Sequence record: SRR31156797_21941
Direction: 5' to 3' (one strand)
Length of the DNA: 32,697 nt
In this document: positions 19,289 to 28,265 of the stretch, one piece after another
Layout of the letters: every line of letters begins with the position of its first letter
How positions within the stretch are numbered: the first letter of the stretch is position 1
Notes under the pieces: model-generated
The model's database searches: none
Told to the model about the DNA's origin: nothing
What the model saw: only the letters and a program-made list of their open reading frames with translations
Program-made: the position numbers and the translations under genes

Positions 19289-20743
19289 TTAATCAATCTT
19301 TATAAACTTATTGGTCAATATTTGTTGTCCGTTTACAATTTGAATGGTATACACTCCGGCATTTAAATTTGAGACGTTCAATTCTATTTGACTATTCGAT
19401 TTTTGAATTTTCCTATTCATTATGGTTTTACCACTTATATCAAATACCATCAAATCAGCATCATAATTAAGATTTGAACTATTGATAATCAGCCTATCCT
19501 TAACGGGATTAGGATAAACCTTGAGCGATTCTAATTCAATGTCATTCGCTCCAACGGTAAAAGTAAGCGGCGTGCCCCACTCTTCGCCGGAGACATTGTA
19601 ATAGACAAGCTTATTGTAATAATCAAACATTTCATCGATATAATCATAGTACCATCCACCCAAACCACAAATTGCATGGGATGGATACAAACCTTTTGAT
19701 TTGTAGACAACATAAGTCCATACCCCATCCTCTTCTATTAATTCAATAAATGAATTGATAATAGTAATTCTACCTTTTATAACTTTAAAACCACCAATAC
19801 TTACAAAATCATCAGAACCTTCATATCTATATGCAGGGAGAACACCTATTTTATTTTTTGTATATGTTTCGAAAATAGTATCAACACCCTGATTAACAAC
19901 AGTGTCCGCCTCCCATACTTTATATTTATGGCGATATTGAATAGTAATATTGTGAGAAGAGTCAATTCGATGTAATACCCTTTTAATACCCCAACTATCA
20001 GTTGAATAAATATCTGGCATAATTCCCGTCCAACAATGTCTTTTAGTATGTAATTCATCTCCAACATTCAGATTAAAAATATCAGCATTTGATATTGAAT
20101 CTACAACATCAGGATTAAACGACTCAGCTGCAACTGTTTCATTTGAATAATTATAATAATCTACAGGTATCATAGAATATTCGATAATTCCAGGAAACAC
20201 AACGATATTAAAAAAGCTTAATAATCCTCTTTCTCGACTTATTACAAAAGTCTTTCCATTAACAGATTCAGAAAACCCTGAATTATTTTGCGGATAATTA
20301 AAAACAATCGTCTTGATGGTATCAACTACTCCTGTTTCCAGCATCGAAGTATCAATGGCTGATACCTTTGCAAAAACAGTATCATTGTTTTTATGATACG
20401 CAACCCACAAACTGCCTATAGGCATATTCGTATGAATAAAAATGCTATCACCAAATCGGTTGAATAGAGTATACTTTTGGTTTATAGTATCCCAAATAGC
20501 ATTTTGTCCTAAGAATCAGGGGCCATTTACATCAAAATAATACTCTTCAATATGATTCACCATTCCTTGAAAAGTATAATTGATTTTGCCATTGTCAATT
20601 GTTTTTGATAATGTGTTGTAAGGAAATATAAAACTATCTCCACCTGTAAATACAGTAAAATCATCATCAAAAAACCTGTAGTTTTGCGAATTAGCAACCA
20701 ATACCATACTAGTTGCCAAAATAAAAAGTAGTAGTTTTCTCAT
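19289..20743 (-). pseudogene. T9SS cargo gene (484 codons) interrupted by a single in-frame TGA at codon 76 (20516-20518)
   Basis: ORFs 20516-20743 and 19289-20425 share a frame. The gap reads DVNGP*FLGQNAIWDTINQKYTLFNRFGDSIFIHTNMPIG with no other stop. Signal peptide is in the 5' part; CTD (VYPNPVKD...GVYTI...KFIKID) is in the 3' part. Confidence 0.8.
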
Positions 20744-20815
20744 AGCAGTAACAATTAGGGGTTTGTCTACTGCAAGTTAAAAAAACAAGATGAGAAATAA
20801 AAACAAATTGGATGA

Positions 20816-22090
20816 TTATGTCACCTCATCTTTGGCCTTATCAAACTTATCATATAGCTTCTCATTTACAATATCTTCCAACTGCTCCACAGTATCCCAG
20901 ATGTCTTGAAAAGTAGTGTATAGAGGTGTTATTCCAAGTCTTATATTATCCGGCTCGCGGAAGTCAGGAATTACAGTCTTACCGCCTATTTTTGGATCAA
21001 TGAGTGCCTTGCAAATACGATACGCTTCGGGATGTTTTAGCGATATATGTGAACCTCTTTGTGCACTTTCAGCTGGTGATCCTAGTGAATAACCTAATTC
21101 CTGTAGTTTCTCTTTATAAAGTTGAATCAACAATTCTGTTTGCTGTATACTCTTTAATCGAATTCTATCCATTCCTGCTTCCAACATAATTTCCACCGCT
21201 GGCTCAATAGCAGAAAGGGAAAGCAAAGGTGGCGTTCCGGCTAGAAATTTACGGATTCCTTTAGCAGGTCTGTATTCTAATCCAAACTCAAAGGGGTTAT
21301 CCTCTCCAAACCATCCCCAGATTGGTGATTCTAGTTTTTCCTGCAAATCTTTACGCACATACAAAAACGCTAATGAACCGGGTCCACCGTTTAAATATTT
21401 GTACGTACAACCAATGGCTAAATCCACATTACAACCGTTTAAATCAACAGGAACAGCTCCCACAGCATGACTCAAGTCCCAAAGTATTAGTGCACCACTT
21501 TGATGCGCCATATCGGTAATAGCTTTCATATCATACATATAGGCACTTTTAAAAACTACATGTGAAAGTGTTACCAGTGCTGTATTGGAATCAATTAACT
21601 GCTCGTATGTTTCAATTGGCACTAGAATGCCATCTTTAGATTCTGCCAGTGCAATTTGATGCTTGTTGCCCAAAACCTCTCTTAGCCCCTGTAGCAAATA
21701 AATGTCTGAGGGAAAGTTTAGATTATCACTGACAATTTTAGAACGATCAGACCTTAATTTTAAAGCACCATACGCCAATTTAAAGAGATTTACAGAAGTT
21801 GAGTCGGCCACAATAACTTCATCGGGCTGAGCGCCTATTAAGCGGGATATTTTAGCGGCAATTTTCTGAGAACGATCATACCAACCTTCGTTCCAGCTGC
21901 GTATTAAACGATCGCCCCACTCCTTCTCAATCACCTCATTCATTCTTGGTTTAGTTGCAATTGGAAGCACTCCTAAAGAATTACCATCCATATAAATCAA
22001 ATTGGGATTATTTAATTCAAAACGTGATTTGAAATCTGCTAATTCATCTTCATTATCAAGACTTTGAATATTTTTTAAACTTAATGGCAT
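20816..22090 (-). CDS. kynU: Kynureninase (PLP-dependent)
   Basis: IYMDGNSLG, WGDRLIRSWN, DSTSVNLFK, NFPSDIY, WDLSHAVG, GCTYKYLNGGPG, GWFG, RGSH. Confidence 0.94.
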   Translation of the reverse strand: MPLSLKNIQSLDNEDELADFKSRFELNNPNLIYMDGNSLGVLPIATKPRMNEVIEKEWGDRLIRSWNEGWYDRSQKIAAKISRLIGAQPDEVIVADSTSVNLFKLAYGALKLRSDRSKIVSDNLNFPSDIYLLQGLREVLGNKHQIALAESKDGILVPIETYEQLIDSNTALVTLSHVVFKSAYMYDMKAITDMAHQSGALILWDLSHAVGAVPVDLNGCNVDLAIGCTYKYLNGGPGSLAFLYVRKDLQEKLESPIWGWFGEDNPFEFGLEYRPAKGIRKFLAGTPPLLSLSAIEPAVEIMLEAGMDRIRLKSIQQTELLIQLYKEKLQELGYSLGSPAESAQRGSHISLKHPEAYRICKALIDPKIGGKTVIPDFREPDNIRLGITPLYTTFQDIWDTVEQLEDIVNEKLYDKFDKAKDEVT

Positions 22091-22135
22091 ACTTTATAAT
22101 TTTATCTTAACTTTCCAACGCTATATAATTATTTC

Positions 22136-22360
22136 ATTGTCAAATTGATTTATTGTTAAATTGTTGTTTGTCATTTATTCTTATTATTACCATAATCCAG
22201 ACTAAGAAACAATATTTAATTTCATAATCATTCTATTCAATTAAACTTAACAAGAAATCCACTTTAAACAATTCAACAATTTAACCATTCAACCATTCAA
22301 CTAATCAACCATCCAACCAATCAACCATTCAACCAATCAACAATTCAACCATTCAACCAT
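22136..22360. repeat. Degenerate octamer tandem arrays in inverted orientation
   Basis: Twelve TCAACCAT-like units at 22265-22360 and four complementary ATTGTTAA-like units at 22136-22167. Confidence 0.85.
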
Positions 22361-22425
22361 ACATTCTTTTTTCAAATAAATATTTTAGAATAAATTCTTT
22401 CTATTTCTATCATTAAACAAAATCA

Positions 22426-23106
22426 CTACTTCAATATCGTTTTAGCAACCGGTGTTAACAATTCTGCCCAACGTCTGTACATCTCACCTGATGGGTGCAG
22501 GCCATCATTAGCAATCAGCTCAGGACTATCAGCAGCTTCCCTTGAAATGGGTGTAACATCCACATAGTATACTCCCATATTCTCGGCAATTTGTTTATTA
22601 ACAGCATTGTATGCATCAATCTCCATGGCAATCTGTTCTCTATCGCGACCTTCTGCAAATGGTGTAACTCCCCAATCAGGAATTGAAATTACAATGACAC
22701 GCTTCACATCTCCGCCGGCAAAATCAATGGCTTGTTGCAAAATGGGTTGAAATTCCTCCTCGTAATTCTCCACTGATCGCCCTCTGTATTGGTTATTCAC
22801 TCCAATCAGCAATGTAACTAAATCATAGGAACCCGAGATATCTGCTTGTAGGATTCCATTCACAAGCTCGTCAGTTGTCCAACCTGTAGTAGCGACAATT
22901 TTTGGAGAATCAACTACTATTCCGCAGGTTTTCAATGAGGTAACTAATTGAACTGGAAAACGTTCCTGTTCTGAAACACTTTGCCCAATTGTATAAGAGT
23001 CTCCAAGAGCAAGGTAAGTGAATTGCTTATCTGTTTTAGTCTTTTCTTCTGAACATGCCATGGTAAAAGAAATTATCGCAATAAGTATGATTTTTATTAT
23101 TTTCAT
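22426..23106 (-). CDS. SGNH/GDSL hydrolase lipoprotein
   Basis: Lipobox TMAC; YLALGDSYTIG, ATTGWTT, LLIGVNNQYRG, DGLHPS. Confidence 0.92.
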   Translation of the reverse strand: MKIIKIILIAIISFTMACSEEKTKTDKQFTYLALGDSYTIGQSVSEQERFPVQLVTSLKTCGIVVDSPKIVATTGWTTDELVNGILQADISGSYDLVTLLIGVNNQYRGRSVENYEEEFQPILQQAIDFAGGDVKRVIVISIPDWGVTPFAEGRDREQIAMEIDAYNAVNKQIAENMGVYYVDVTPISREAADSPELIANDGLHPSGEMYRRWAELLTPVAKTILK

Positions 23107-23160
23107 TTGTCTACACTTAAATTTTATTTATTAATAAGTATTTAACAAGCTGAAATATAT

Positions 23161-24765
23161 TTAGTTTTTCAAAAATTTAATGTTATACACCTTATTCCCG
23201 TTATTCATTTTTAAATGGTAAATCCCGGGATAAAAATTTGCAACCTGTATGGTATTTGAACCATTTAACATATTAGTTGTGACCACTCTGCCCATTTCAT
23301 CATAGATAATATAACTTACACTACCACTGTATTTCTTTAACTTTACACTTATTATATTTTCTGCTGGATTAGGATAAATTGAAACATCATCCAAAGATGC
23401 TGAAAAATGATCAAGAACTCCAACATTTTCATCATAGGAAACTAAAAAGTAATCAATGCCAACCGTATTTAAACTAAGATCCTCAAAATTTATTTGTGTT
23501 GTATACCATCCGGTAGTAATTACCTTAGTTCCAATTTGAATAATATCTGTGGATGCATCTGAGCCATCTCCCTCGCTTGTCCTGGTAAATTCCAATCTAC
23601 CGGTTTGATCAAATTTTGCTATAAATACACCACCATCCTCGGATTTAACTTCTTTTTCTTCCTCGCCAATAGTAAAATTGCCCTGGTAATTTCCTGTCCA
23701 ATAAGCATTATGATTCTCATCGCAATAAACTGCTCTACCTTTATTCATCCCTTCTCCTTTTATGGTTCTAACCCATTGCCAGTTCAAATTTTCATCAAAT
23801 GAAGCTACATAGCCGTCATCAGTATCATCTACACTGGAAATATTCATAGGTTCATCGCCTGGAAAATAACCGGTTCCTGTCACACGACCGGCTACAAAAC
23901 CTTTTCCTTCAGAATTTACAGAAATACTATTTACCGCAGCAGTATGATAATTCAAGTCAACAACTTCTCCATCCTCATTATACTTGGCAACAAAAGTACC
24001 TTCACCACCTAGCAATATTCCACCAAAATTGGCACCTGGTCCAGCTACACCTGTTACATAGCAATTTCCCAATTGGTCAGCAGCAATCTTAAATCCATAT
24101 TCAATTGCCTCACTACCCGCATTTGCAGCCCACTCAAAATTCAAATTTTCATCATAACTAGCAATAAATACATCGCTTCCTCCAAATGAAGTTATAGAGT
24201 CAACTTCAGAAAATGTCAATGTACTTTGAAACCATCCCGTAACAATCACCCTATTGTCTTTTCCAACCGCAAGCCCATATCCAAGCTCAGATTCGATACC
24301 TTCGGGATGAGTAAAATCAATAATATTGCCATTAGGGTCAATTTTTACGATATAGATATCCCATCCGCTGGCAAAATGGCTTTCTCCTAAAACATCAAAT
24401 TGTCCGGTAAAATAACCTGATACAAACGTATTTCCATGGCTATCACAATCTATGGATAAGGCTACTGTTTCTTCATTACACCCAAAAACTGTGCACCATT
24501 GATATTCGCCATCATTATTGTACTTTACAACAAATACATCAGAAATGCCATTTATTGAAAACACATCACCTTCAATATACAATGTATCAGTATACTGTCC
24601 TGTAATAAAAATGTCATTATCGCTGCTTTTAGCTAAATCCCAGGCGCGCTCCATTCCAGGTCCACCTCCACCTACCAACCAGTTTAGCTCTTGCCCATAA
24701 AACACTGTATTTAAAGTACAAACAATAATAAATAAAAGTCCTTTTTTAAAAATTTGAGTCTTCAT
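23161..24765 (-). CDS. Secreted beta-propeller (SBBP-like repeat) protein with T9SS type A C-terminal domain
   Basis: Signal peptide; repeated D-x-F-V/I-x-K-Y-x-x-x-G and GNxxVTG units; C-terminus IYPNPAEN...GIYHL...KFLKN. Confidence 0.82.
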   Translation of the reverse strand: MKTQIFKKGLLFIIVCTLNTVFYGQELNWLVGGGGPGMERAWDLAKSSDNDIFITGQYTDTLYIEGDVFSINGISDVFVVKYNNDGEYQWCTVFGCNEETVALSIDCDSHGNTFVSGYFTGQFDVLGESHFASGWDIYIVKIDPNGNIIDFTHPEGIESELGYGLAVGKDNRVIVTGWFQSTLTFSEVDSITSFGGSDVFIASYDENLNFEWAANAGSEAIEYGFKIAADQLGNCYVTGVAGPGANFGGILLGGEGTFVAKYNEDGEVVDLNYHTAAVNSISVNSEGKGFVAGRVTGTGYFPGDEPMNISSVDDTDDGYVASFDENLNWQWVRTIKGEGMNKGRAVYCDENHNAYWTGNYQGNFTIGEEEKEVKSEDGGVFIAKFDQTGRLEFTRTSEGDGSDASTDIIQIGTKVITTGWYTTQINFEDLSLNTVGIDYFLVSYDENVGVLDHFSASLDDVSIYPNPAENIISVKLKKYSGSVSYIIYDEMGRVVTTNMLNGSNTIQVANFYPGIYHLKMNNGNKVYNIKFLKN

Positions 24766-24794
24766 TTTTCTAAAATCGAATAATGATTAGGCTA

Positions 24795-24802
24795 CAAAGC
24801 TA
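24795..24802 (-). promoter_or_regulatory. Bacteroidetes -7 promoter element for the SBBP-like gene
   Basis: TAGCTTTG on the minus strand, 29 nt upstream of the ATG at 24765. Confidence 0.55.
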
Positions 24803-24844
24803 ACATTAAATTCTTCTCGGTTACTTAATTAGAATTATTCTATA

Positions 24845-24858
24845 TTGATGAATATCAT
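24845..24858. promoter_or_regulatory. FNR/CRP-like binding box
   Basis: TTGAT-GAAT-ATCAT, one mismatch to TTGAT-N4-ATCAA, centred about 42-44 nt upstream of the predicted transcription start of the glycyl-radical operon. Confidence 0.5.
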
Positions 24859-24880
24859 TTTTTAAAAATCAAAAATGCCC

Positions 24881-24888
24881 TATATTTG
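24881..24888 (+). promoter_or_regulatory. Bacteroidetes -7 promoter element for the activase-hypD operon
   Basis: TATATTTG matches TAnnTTTG; an ATG lies 7 nt downstream. Confidence 0.65.
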
Positions 24889-24895
24889 ATCCTCT

Positions 24896-24967
24896 ATGTC
24901 AGCATACTATACAAATAAACTTTCTCATGCTGAAGGCAAATGCCTCTTCGAATGCTGGATTTGCTAG
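24896..24967 (+). CDS. Putative leaderless leader peptide MSAYYTNKLSHAEGKCLFECWIC (23 aa, C-terminal CX3CX2C)
   Basis: ATG...TAG translated by hand; starts at the predicted transcription start; below the ORF-track size cutoff. Confidence 0.45.
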   Translation: MSAYYTNKLSHAEGKCLFECWIC

Positions 24968-25003
24968 TACCCCCCTTTTTGTTTCTTCTAAACTCATAAA
25001 CTG

Positions 25004-25042
25004 AATAGCACATAAGCACAATATTCATACTTATGTACTATT
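25004..25042 (+). other. Leader hairpin upstream of the activase
   Basis: AATAGCACATAAG (25004-25016) / CTTATGTACTATT (25030-25042), 13 bp with one mismatch. Confidence 0.55.
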
Positions 25043-25080
25043 AATCGCAAACAAAAATAACGTTTTACGTACACATTAAC

Positions 25081-25875
25081 ATGAAGGGGATAATATTCGA
25101 TATTAAACATTTTGCAGTCCACGATGGACCCGGGATACGCACCACTGTATTCTTAAAAGGATGCCCATTAAATTGCTGGTGGTGCCATAATCCGGAAAGT
25201 CAGAAACCGGAACCGGAAATTTATCAGCAAACACGTAAGCTTGACGATATTGATTTTTCAGAAACGAAAACTCTCGGTTATACTATTGATTCTTCTGAAT
25301 TGATACCAAAAATAACCGGAGATAAAGTTTTTCACGATGAATCATCTGGCGGGGTTACTTTTTCAGGTGGTGAGCCTTTACTTCAGTTTAATTTTCTTTC
25401 GGAGTTGCTGGAAAAAAGCAAAAAAGAAAACATACACACTGCAGTAGATACAACTGGTTATGCATCACCCAAAATATTCCAGCAAATCGCGCAAAAGGCG
25501 GATTTGTTCTTGTTCGACTTAAAAATTATAGACAGTGAACTTCATGAAAAATATACCGGAGTTCATACCAAACCCATCATCAACAATTTGAGGTGGTTAG
25601 ATGATAACAATATCGATACAATCATTCGATTTCCTGTTATTCCCAACATCACAAATACCAAAGAGAATATCAGTCAAATGCTGGTTTTTCTGGAGTCTCT
25701 GCAAAACATTAATCGCATTGACATACTGCCCTATCACAACATCTCCAATACTAAGTACAAAAGATTCAAAATTGAAAATAAGATGGAAGATGTACCGGCA
25801 TTTGAAGAGGAAGATATGTACCGTTTAAAAGAAGAATTTGAAAATATTGGATTTATCGTTTCGATCGGAGGATAA
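25081..25875 (+). CDS. Glycyl-radical enzyme activating enzyme (radical SAM), HypD activase, lacking the ferredoxin insert
   Basis: HDGPGIRTTVFLKGCPLNCWWCHNPESQ, GGVTFSGGEPLLQ, LFDLK, IRFPVIP, LPYH. Confidence 0.93.
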   Translation: MKGIIFDIKHFAVHDGPGIRTTVFLKGCPLNCWWCHNPESQKPEPEIYQQTRKLDDIDFSETKTLGYTIDSSELIPKITGDKVFHDESSGGVTFSGGEPLLQFNFLSELLEKSKKENIHTAVDTTGYASPKIFQQIAQKADLFLFDLKIIDSELHEKYTGVHTKPIINNLRWLDDNNIDTIIRFPVIPNITNTKENISQMLVFLESLQNINRIDILPYHNISNTKYKRFKIENKMEDVPAFEEEDMYRLKEEFENIGFIVSIGG

Positions 25876-25894
25876 ATCTTTAAAATCTATTATC

Positions 25895-28261
25895 ATGACA
25901 CCAAGAATTGAAAAATTACGATCACAAAGCTTAAACGCTGTAAATACATTAAGCAGCGAAAGAGCAAAACTCATTACACGGTTCTATAAAGAGACTTATA
26001 ATATGCATATGCCCGAACCAATTCGAAGGGCACGTGCATTTAAATATCTGCTTACGCACAAAGAGATTTGCATCAATGAAGGTGAATTAATTGTAGGAGA
26101 ACGCGGTCCTGCACCTAAAGCCACACCGACTTATCCTGAGGTTAGCTTACACTCATTAAAGGATTTAGATGTGCTCAATGATCGACCTAAAGTAGGTTTC
26201 AAGGTAGATAAAGAGACGCGTGATCTATATGAAAACGACATCATACCATTTTGGAAAGGCAATTCAATGCGTGATAAAATGTTTGCGCAGCTTCCTGAGG
26301 AATGGATAAATGCATATGGCGCAGGTGTTTTCACAGAATTTCAAGAGCAACGCGCACCAGGTCATACTGTAGCCGGAGAGAAGATTTTCAAAAAGGGAAT
26401 GAATGCGCTTAAAAAAGAGATTGCAGAAGCCAAATCAAAACTGGATACAATTAACAATCCCGACGACATTGATAAAAAGTATGAATTGGAAGCAATGGAG
26501 ATTGCTGCTGAGGCCATTGTACTTTATGCTCACCGACATGCTGCTAAACTGGATGAAATAAACAACCAAACAACTGATCCTCAAAGAAAAGCAGAACTCA
26601 CCAAAATGGCTGCAATTTGTCGTAAAGTACCAGCTGAAGCTCCCGAAACTTTCCATGAAATGCTTCAGCACTATTGGTTTATTCATGTTGGAGTAATTTC
26701 AGAAGTTAATCCATGGGACTCTTTTAATCCCGGCAGATTAGATCAGCATTTATTTCCTTTTTACAAAGCAGAAACTGAAAATGGGACTTTGAATAAAGAG
26801 TCGGCTGTGGAAATACTAGAATCGTTTTGGGTGAAATTCAATAACCACCCTGCTCCTCCGAAAATGGGTATCACAGCTCTTGAAAGCAATACCTATACAG
26901 ATTTTGCACTCATTAATTTGGGTGGACTAAAACCAGATGGATCAGATGCTGTCAATGAATTAAGTTTCCTACTGCTGGATGTGATTGAAGAAATGCGCAT
27001 TTTGCAGCCAAGTTCTATGGTTCAAATAAGCAAGCACAATCCGGATAGTTTTGTACATCGTGCACTTAAAATCTCCAAAACGGGATTTGGACAACCTTCT
27101 ATTTTCAATACAGATGCCATTATTCAGGAACTTTTGAATCAAGGTAAAGATTTAATAGATGCTAGAAACGGTGGTGCCAGTGGCTGTGTAGAAACCGGTG
27201 CTTTTGGCACAGAAAGTTATATACTTACAGGTTATTTCAACTTGAATAAAGTATTGGAGGTTACTTTCAATAATGGTAAAGATCCAAGAACAGGAAAAAC
27301 GATTGGTTTAAAAACCGGGGAAATGGATTCGTTCCAATCTATGGATGAATTACTTTCTGCATATCGCAAACAATTACAGCACTTCATTGATATTAAAATT
27401 TCGGGGAATCTCATTATTGAAAAACTCTACGCAGAAAAGCTTCCAGTACCATTTTTATCATTGATCATTGAAGATTGTATTTCCAACGGAACAGATTACA
27501 ATGCTGGAGGTGCCAGATATAATACGTCTTATATTCAAGGTGTTGGACTAGGCAGTATTACCGATAATCTTACGGCTCTTCAATACCATGTATTTGATCA
27601 ACAAAATTACAGCATGTCTCAAATGATGGAAGCTATTCAAAACGATTTCAAAGGTTTTGAAGAGATGCGCTACCAACTTGTATATGAGACTCCTAAATAC
27701 GGTAATGATGATGACTATGCTGATAAATATGCTACAACCATATTCAACTATTTTTACGAATCGGTTGATAATCGTCCAACATACAGAGGCGGTAAGTTTC
27801 GCATTAATATGCTACCTACCACAAGTCATGTGTATTTTGGAAGCGTAATTGGTGCTATGCCTGATGGCAGAAAAGCCGGAGAACCGCTATCTGAAGGTAT
27901 TAGTCCATTCCAGGGCGCCGACAAAAAAGGACCAACCGCTGTATTAAAATCTGCCTCAAAAATTGATCATATTAAAACTGGAGGAACACTTCTGAACCAG
28001 AAGTTTGCACCATCATTTTTCAAAGATGATTCAGCTATCAATAAACTAGGATATCTGGTTCGAAGCTATTTCCGCATGGATGGTCATCATATTCAGTTCA
28101 ACGTTGTAAGCGCTGATACACTGCGCGACGCACAAAAGCATCCAGAAAAATATTCAGACCTAATAGTGCGTGTAGCAGGTTACAGTGATTATTTCAACGA
28201 TCTGGGTGAAGACCTGCAAAATGAAATTATTCGCAGAACAGCCCATGAAGAAGCTTATTAA
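25895..28261 (+). CDS. hypD: trans-4-hydroxy-L-proline dehydratase (glycyl radical enzyme)
   Basis: Motifs recalled from clostridial HypD: FTEFQEQRAPGHTV, WDSFNPGRLDQHL, PAPPKMGIT..ESNTYTDF, SGCVE (thiyl Cys), MLPTTSH, DHIKTGGTLLNQ, IVRVAGYS (glycyl radical). ATG at 25895. Confidence 0.9.
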   Translation: MTPRIEKLRSQSLNAVNTLSSERAKLITRFYKETYNMHMPEPIRRARAFKYLLTHKEICINEGELIVGERGPAPKATPTYPEVSLHSLKDLDVLNDRPKVGFKVDKETRDLYENDIIPFWKGNSMRDKMFAQLPEEWINAYGAGVFTEFQEQRAPGHTVAGEKIFKKGMNALKKEIAEAKSKLDTINNPDDIDKKYELEAMEIAAEAIVLYAHRHAAKLDEINNQTTDPQRKAELTKMAAICRKVPAEAPETFHEMLQHYWFIHVGVISEVNPWDSFNPGRLDQHLFPFYKAETENGTLNKESAVEILESFWVKFNNHPAPPKMGITALESNTYTDFALINLGGLKPDGSDAVNELSFLLLDVIEEMRILQPSSMVQISKHNPDSFVHRALKISKTGFGQPSIFNTDAIIQELLNQGKDLIDARNGGASGCVETGAFGTESYILTGYFNLNKVLEVTFNNGKDPRTGKTIGLKTGEMDSFQSMDELLSAYRKQLQHFIDIKISGNLIIEKLYAEKLPVPFLSLIIEDCISNGTDYNAGGARYNTSYIQGVGLGSITDNLTALQYHVFDQQNYSMSQMMEAIQNDFKGFEEMRYQLVYETPKYGNDDDYADKYATTIFNYFYESVDNRPTYRGGKFRINMLPTTSHVYFGSVIGAMPDGRKAGEPLSEGISPFQGADKKGPTAVLKSASKIDHIKTGGTLLNQKFAPSFFKDDSAINKLGYLVRSYFRMDGHHIQFNVVSADTLRDAQKHPEKYSDLIVRVAGYSDYFNDLGEDLQNEIIRRTAHEEAY

Positions 28262-28265
28262 TGTT

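Noticed and set aside
20516-20518. Genome-wide TGA reassignment (genetic code 4 or 25)
   Set aside because: TGA ends the GH2 gene (5907) and fetA (18039, overlapping the fetB start), and no other long gene needs TGA readthrough
22265-22360. CRISPR array
   Set aside because: Contiguous 8-bp units with no unique spacers, and no cas genes in the window
22091-22425. Tryptophan leader peptide upstream of kynU
   Set aside because: I found no start-codon-led ORF with tandem Trp codons plus a terminator; TGG triplets come from the octamer repeat
24965-24991. TAG readthrough (pyrrolysine) extending the uORF with YPPFCFF
   Set aside because: No pyl genes or other support in the window; a short in-frame tail is expected by chance
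24927-25004. Alternative leader ORF MLKANASSNAGFASTPLFVSSKLIN
   Set aside because: No A-rich initiation context, not at the predicted TSS and no notable motif; less plausible than the 24896 ORF, though not excluded
25838-25894. N-terminal extension of hypD from the TTG at 25838
   Set aside because: Overlaps the activase; similarity to HypD starts at the ATG at 25895, which has an AT-rich leader
25895-28261. Pyruvate formate-lyase or choline TMA-lyase
   Set aside because: Single-Cys SGCVE motif rather than the PFL Cys-Cys pair; the surrounding motifs match HypD
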